64,000 bases of DNA. It comes from Chloroflexota bacterium (GTDB lineage Bacteria; Chloroflexota; Limnocylindria; Limnocylindrales; CSP1-4). The translations under genes and the position numbers were made by a program. Where the stretch lies: positions 92,740 to 156,739 of the forward strand of contig JAJZRG010000002.1 of assembly GCA_021802825.1 (NCBI GenBank), in the 5' to 3' direction. Under the pieces are notes generated by a model, which was not told the origin of the DNA, made no database searches, and saw only the letters and a program-made list of their open reading frames with translations. Positions 60,004 to 64,000 of this stretch are shown one piece after another. Numbering within the stretch: the stretch's first letter is position 1; the number at the start of each line of letters is the position of its first letter.

Positions 60004-61084
60004 GGCCTGTAGCCGAATTCTCCCGCACGAATGTCCCCGCTCGTGCCAGCAAAGGTGTCACAGCCTGGCCTGAGCATGCCGGGCAAGGGCACGATCGTCG
60101 ACCTCGCCGACGCCGAGTGGGAGCAGGTCGCCGACCTGTTCGACCCTGAGGGCCGGCGCGGTGCACCCGAGGTCTACCCGCGCCGGACCATGGTTGAGGC
60201 GATGCTGTGGATGGCCCGGACCGGTGTCCAGTGGCGCTATCTGCCCGAGCGGTTCCCGCCCTGGACCGCCGTCTGGAGCCAGTGGCGGCGCTGGCGGGCC
60301 AACGGGGTCTGGGCAGCGTCCATCGGCCGGCTCGCCCGCACGATCCGCGTGGACAAGGACCGCCACCCCGAGCCCTCGATGGTGATGGTCGACGCCCAGA
60401 CGGCCAAGGGTGGCCGGGCGGGCCCCACGTTCTGGGAATGCGTACGGTGAGCGGGCCTTCCGCAGGGCGGCCGGACGTTCGGCGCCAAGCGCTCGATCCT
60501 GGTCGACATCCTGGGCCTGCCGTTCGCCTGCCGGGTCGATCCGGCCCGGCCCCATGACGTCGCCTCGGCCCGCCTGCTCCTCGCCGAGGAGCTCCCCGCG
60601 CTCCCACGCCTGCGCGCCGTCGTCGCCGACCGCGCCTACCGCGGCCTCGCGAAGCTCGCCGCACGGCGTGATCTTGTCCTCGACATCAAGGCGCCGCCGG
60701 CGGGGGCGAGCGGCTTCGTCCCCATCAGGCCGCTGGTCAAGGTCGAGCACGCCTTCGCGCAGCTCGGACGCTGGCGACGCCTGTCGCGCTGCGACGAGCA
60801 GACCGAGGCGTCGGCCCGGGCCTGGCTCGAGGTCGCGGCCATGGGCTACCTGTTCGCGAGGATGCGGATCGAGCCCGCCTGACACGTTGCCCGCAGCCAG
60901 CCAGCCAGTCGCCTGGCCTCATCCGGCGCGGCCCGTCGGCTCCCGATGACCGACTCTCCGCGGGCGGTCGTGGCACCGGGTGCTGCGTGACCCGCCGTCC
61001 GATCCCTTGCCTTCTCTCCGCCGCGATCGTTCGCGTGTCCGACCCGATCAGGTCGTGCCAGAACGGCGAATTCGGCTACAGGCC
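60004..61084 (+). mobile_element. IS5-family insertion sequence (IS427/DUF4096 group-like), 1081 bp
   Basis: 17-bp perfect terminal inverted repeats GGCCTGTAGCCGAATTC (60004-60020) / GAATTCGGCTACAGGCC (61068-61084), flanked by a 5-bp direct repeat CTGAG (59999-60003 and 61085-61089). Confidence 0.75.
60031..60882 (+). pseudogene. IS5-family transposase (DUF4096 N-terminal + DDE domain), interrupted by an in-frame TGA at 60448-60450
   Basis: N-terminal WRYLPERFPPWTAVWSQWRRWRANGVW (DUF4096). After the TGA, the same frame continues RSILVDILGLPFACRVDPARPHDVASARLLL...VVADRAYRG...PLVKVEHAFAQLGRWRRLSRCDEQTEASARAWLEVAAMGYLFARM (DDE domain, ends 60882). Likely true start is MPGKGTIVDLADAEW at 60076. 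Confidence 0.75.
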
Positions 61085-61692
61085 CTGAGTCCTGGCTCAC
61101 CGTCGGCGACGAGCGCTCCTTGGATGCCGCGACACTCCTCGTGGCGGCCAGAGGCGCCAGGGCGCGCCACCAGTACCTCGACGCGGGGTACCGGCGGGAC
61201 GTCGAGCGGGCAAAGGCCGCCAGCGGCACGCAGTTCGCGCCGGGCTGGGGCGATGGCGATCGCCCGGGAGGGGACCTCACGGGGGAGGCTCTGGTCGCGT
61301 TCTGGACCGGACTGATCTTGCGATACCCGAGCGTCGCGGCCGCAACTAGGGCCTGGGCGCCCAAGGGTCGCCGACTGGGCTCATCGGGAGCGGGCGGCGT
61401 CTACCGCACGCTCCGCATCGACGAGTTTGGCGTCCTGGCGACGTACTGGACGGCCGTCGCTCGCGGCCACCAGCCCGCGGGCGACGACCTAGAGGAGCAG
61501 GGCCGGGCGATCGAAGAAGCGCTTGGCCATCCCGTCATCGTCCTGAACTACGCGGCCGGGACGTGGTTCGCCGACCGCGTCTATCTCGGGGCGCTCGACG
61601 ACGCGGCGCGCTGGCCGGAGGTGTGGGCGGCCTGCGACGCCGGGCTCACGGCGTTGCTGGCGGCCGCGACCGCGATCGCGACCGCCCGCTAG
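61085..61692 (+). pseudogene. 3' portion of the IS-disrupted gene (continues the 58112-60003 reading frame across the CTGAG target duplication)
   Basis: Removing the IS and one CTGAG copy joins ...HTTE to SWLTVGDERSLDAATLLVAARG... in the same frame (codon phase 1 on both sides). Confidence 0.55.
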
Positions 61693-62092
61693 GTTCGACG
61701 CCTTGCTGCAACCTCCAGGCGCTGAGGGCGCGCTCAGTTCGTCGACGCGTTCGGGACGTAGCGGTGCGGCCCCGAACCCGACGTGGACCTTGCCCGTGAC
61801 ACCCTTGGTGTCGTGGTGGAAGTAGATGCGCGGGATGTTCGGCCCGCCGCCCTCGGACTGAGAATGATCATGCCCACGGAGGGTAGCGTCGGCCTCCCGA
61901 CAGGCGGCGGAGGCGAAGTAGAGTCGAGGCGCACAGCGATCGACAGCAGCGGGAACGCATCGATGCCCACCTGCGACGACGACGAGCTCGGCGGCGATTT
62001 CCACACGTCCCGACGGTAGCTCCTTAGTCAGAGTGCTCGAAGCGTACACACTCTGCCTTGACACGCGTCCATACTCGGCGCAGAGTCCCGGC

Positions 62093-62398
62093 ATGCAGAA
62101 CGTGATTGGCATCCGGACTCTTCGGCGGGGCGTCAACGGGGCGCTCCTGCGCGTGGCGCGCGGCGAGACGATCGTCCTCGTGCGGCACGGGCGGCCGGTC
62201 GCGATCCTCCGGCCCCTCGGCGTGGGCGAGCTGTACCGGCGGGTGTCGGTCACGACCTTCCGGCGGAACCTGCGGCGGGCCGTGCTGGTGTCGCACCGCC
62301 GCCCGATTACGCTGACCTGGTACGGCGACGGGGCCGCGGTCCTGGCGCCCGTCCCGCCCGAGCTCGAGCTCGAGTACGAAGAGGACGACCTCCTGTGA
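62093..62398 (+). CDS. Phd/YefM-like antitoxin-domain protein with two tandem antitoxin-like domains
   Basis: MQNVIGIRTLRRGVNGALLRVARGETIVLVRHGRPVAILRPLG and VSVTTFRRNLRRAVLVSHRRPITLTWYGDGAAVLAPV both resemble the Phd/YefM N-terminal fold. Confidence 0.55.
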   Translation: MQNVIGIRTLRRGVNGALLRVARGETIVLVRHGRPVAILRPLGVGELYRRVSVTTFRRNLRRAVLVSHRRPITLTWYGDGAAVLAPVPPELELEYEEDDLL

Positions 62399-62997
62399 CC
62401 GCCGGCGGGATGATCCAGGCGCTCGGGATGCGCGAGGTCCGCGAGAGGATGCGCGCGGTCGTGGCGCGGGTCGAGGCGGGCGAGGCCCTCGTGGTGCTCC
62501 GCGACGGGCAGCCGGCCGCGGTCATGCTCGGCTTCGCCGAGGGGCAGCGCTGGCAGCAGGTCGAGCGGTCGCTGTCCTCGCTCCACGGCCTCGAGCTGTA
62601 CCCGGAGCTGGCGCGCGACACCGCCGAGCTGGCGCGGCTCGTGCGCCGCGAGGCCCGGCCCTCGGCCACCGCGATCCGCCGCCTGGCCGAGCAGCCTCGC
62701 GACATCCTGGCGCCGCTGCGGACGATGGGGATCACCGACGCTCGGGCCGGGTTCGCGGCGCTGCTCGACGAGGTCGGGCGGGGGCGGACGATGACGATCG
62801 TGTCGAGCGGCAGGTTCGCCGCCACGCTCGTCGCGCCGCGCGAGTTCGACCGCCTCCGCGCGCTCGACCGCACGGTGGGCTGGTTCCGGTCCGCGGGGCT
62901 CGACCTCGCGGCCGCGGACGACGCCGCGATCGCCGCCTTCGTGCGCGAGTTCGCGACCCGGTCGGCGGCGGCCGGCGCCGAGCAGGCGGCGGGGTAG
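62395..62997 (+). CDS. Second protein with two tandem Phd/YefM-like antitoxin domains
   Basis: GTG overlaps the upstream stop; LGMREVRERMRAVVARVEAGEALVVLRDGQPAAVMLGFAE and MGITDARAGFAALLDEVGRGRTMTIVSSGRFAATLVAPREFDRL. Confidence 0.5.
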   Translation: MTAGGMIQALGMREVRERMRAVVARVEAGEALVVLRDGQPAAVMLGFAEGQRWQQVERSLSSLHGLELYPELARDTAELARLVRREARPSATAIRRLAEQPRDILAPLRTMGITDARAGFAALLDEVGRGRTMTIVSSGRFAATLVAPREFDRLRALDRTVGWFRSAGLDLAAADDAAIAAFVREFATRSAAAGAEQAAG

Positions 62998-62999
62998 CG

Positions 63000-63395
63000 A
63001 TGGGCGGGAACGTGGGGACGAGGCGGGTCCGGCGCGGCCGCACGGTGCTGGTGCTGGCGGCCCTCGCGCTCCTGTGGCTGGCGGGCGCGTCGCCGAGCCT
63101 CGCTGCGGGCACCGTGCCGGCCGGGGCGAAGGAGGCGCTGGCGCCCGTCACCAAGATGATCGCGACGCTGGTCGCGATCGCGATCAGCCTGGGGGTGGCG
63201 ATCTGCGGCGCGGTGATCGTGTGGGGCGGCATCGAGAAGACGCTCGCCGGCGCGAACCAGGACGCCGAGCACCGCGCGACGCGGCGGATCCAGAACGGGA
63301 TCCAGGGCCTCGTCTGGATGATCCTCGCGAGCGTGATCGTGTCGACGATCACCGCCATCGCCGTGGCCTACGGCCTCATCGACACGCCGTTCTAG
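63000..63395 (+). CDS. Small secreted/membrane protein, TrbC/VirB2-like conjugative pilin candidate
   Basis: 131 aa with a signal peptide (LVLAALALLWLAGASPSLAAG) and two hydrophobic helices (IATLVAIAISLGVAICGAVIVWGGI; LVWMILASVIVSTITAIAVAYGLI), matching TrbC/VirB2 topology. Confidence 0.4.
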   Translation: MGGNVGTRRVRRGRTVLVLAALALLWLAGASPSLAAGTVPAGAKEALAPVTKMIATLVAIAISLGVAICGAVIVWGGIEKTLAGANQDAEHRATRRIQNGIQGLVWMILASVIVSTITAIAVAYGLIDTPF

Positions 63396-63407
63396 GCCCG
63401 GATCCCG

Positions 63408-64000
63408 ATGTCGACGACCGGGGACCTGGTTCCCCCTGCCCTCCGGACCCTCCCGACTCGGCTGCGGGCCCTCCGCGGCGTGCCGCCGGCAGCCCTGGCC
63501 ATGCTCGGCCTCGCGGCCCTCGGGCTGCTGCTCGCCGGGGCCGGACGGCCGGGCGCAGAGCAGGGCGAGACGACGGCCGTGGCGCCGACCCCGACCCTGA
63601 CGGCCGCCGCGGTCGGCGCGATCCCCGTCATCGGCGACCCGGTCCGCGACCTCACGGTCTGGTACTCGGACCGCGTGGCCGACGCCAACAGGGCGGCGCT
63701 CGACAACCTGCGCGGCCAGCTCCTCACGCCGGTCGACCCGCTGGCCGACGGCGTGACGCGGACGCTGTACGGGCCGATGGTCCTCATCACCCTGCCGCTG
63801 CTCACCTTCGGCGGCCTCGTCCTCGGCTTCCTGATCATGACGAGCCGGACGAGCGGGGAGGGCGCGTACGCCGTCCGCTCGACCACCCCGCGGTACATCG
63901 CCGCCGCCGTCCTCGCTATCCTCGGGATCTTCCTCGCGTCGGTGCTCGCGCAGTTCACCGCGGCGCTCGACGGCGCCATGATCGGCGTGGCGCTCCCGGC
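63408..64000 (+). CDS. Membrane protein, possible T4SS component (TrbL/VirB6-like); 3' end beyond the window
   Basis: ATG 63408; open to the window end; signal/TM segment followed by a further TM region (MVLITLPLLTFGGLVLGFLIM...AAAVLAILGIFLASVLA). Not in the ORF track because it has no stop within the window. Confidence 0.3.
   Translation, partial: MSTTGDLVPPALRTLPTRLRALRGVPPAALAMLGLAALGLLLAGAGRPGAEQGETTAVAPTPTLTAAAVGAIPVIGDPVRDLTVWYSDRVADANRAALDNLRGQLLTPVDPLADGVTRTLYGPMVLITLPLLTFGGLVLGFLIMTSRTSGEGAYAVRSTTPRYIAAAVLAILGIFLASVLAQFTAALDGAMIGVALP

Larger units (their letters stand above)
38213..64000. mobile_element. Putative integrated mobile element (ICE/genomic island), right end beyond the window
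   Basis: Begins at the tRNA 3' fragment; contains an excisionase-like HTH gene, two IS elements, a defence module, antitoxin-like genes and T4SS-like genes; gene content switches from housekeeping to accessory at about 38.2 kb. Confidence 0.35.

Noticed and set aside
60410-60949. ORF-track candidate for a transposase orfB in another frame
   Set aside because: S/R/P-rich junk; the genuine DDE-domain sequence is in the same frame as orfA, continuing directly after the in-frame TGA.

Overview
High-GC (about 70%) bacterial window, probably Actinobacteria-like or Chloroflexi-like, with two distinct parts. Coordinates 1-38100 look like ordinary core genome. From the start: a SipW-type signal peptidase (5' end only) next to a SipW-cognate TasA/camelysin-like secreted protein; a NarL/HisKA_3 two-component pair; an SPFH/band-7 protein; an MFS transporter. 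A cytochrome c oxidase operon ctaC-ctaD-ctaE plus two membrane ORFs follows, in which CtaC carries a C-terminal cupredoxin domain. Then TatA; a second convergent two-component pair; an ECF sigma factor with an MFS gene; DoxX; a CoA-binding protein; DUF2461. Next come a DSD1/alanine-racemase-like PLP enzyme divergent from a LysR regulator, a translationally coupled aminotransferase and transketolase-family pair, a CaCA antiporter, an AlkZ/YcaQ-like protein, Zwf and a GH15 glucoamylase-like hydrolase. From about 38200 to the window end the content changes to accessory/mobile DNA. A 55-nt tRNA 3'-end-like fragment (T-arm, acceptor strand, CCA) sits at the boundary and could be an att remnant. It is followed by an excisionase-like HTH gene, an IS110 transposase, and then a compact predicted anti-phage module at 43682-57174. 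The module consists of an SNF2 helicase with a C-terminal DUF3883 domain, a DUF1156 N6/N4 methyltransferase, and a DUF499 (BrxC/PglY-like) ATPase with an N-terminal Swt1-type HEPN domain. Two unusual genes sit between the helicase and the methyltransferase: a protein with two topoisomerase-type C4 zinc ribbons, and an ADP-ribosylglycohydrolase + Cys-phosphatase (CX5R) + HNH nuclease three-domain fusion. Directly downstream are a TIR-like (COG4271/PF10137-type) protein and a roughly 830-aa gene that has been inactivated twice: by a frameshift and by an IS5-family insertion with a 5-bp CTGAG target duplication; the IS transposase itself carries an in-frame TGA. The window ends with two genes that each encode tandem Phd/YefM-like antitoxin domains, and a TrbC/VirB2-like pilin plus a T4SS-like membrane protein, suggesting an integrative conjugative element carrying the defence island. 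All calls are from reading the sequence and translations; no database search was run.
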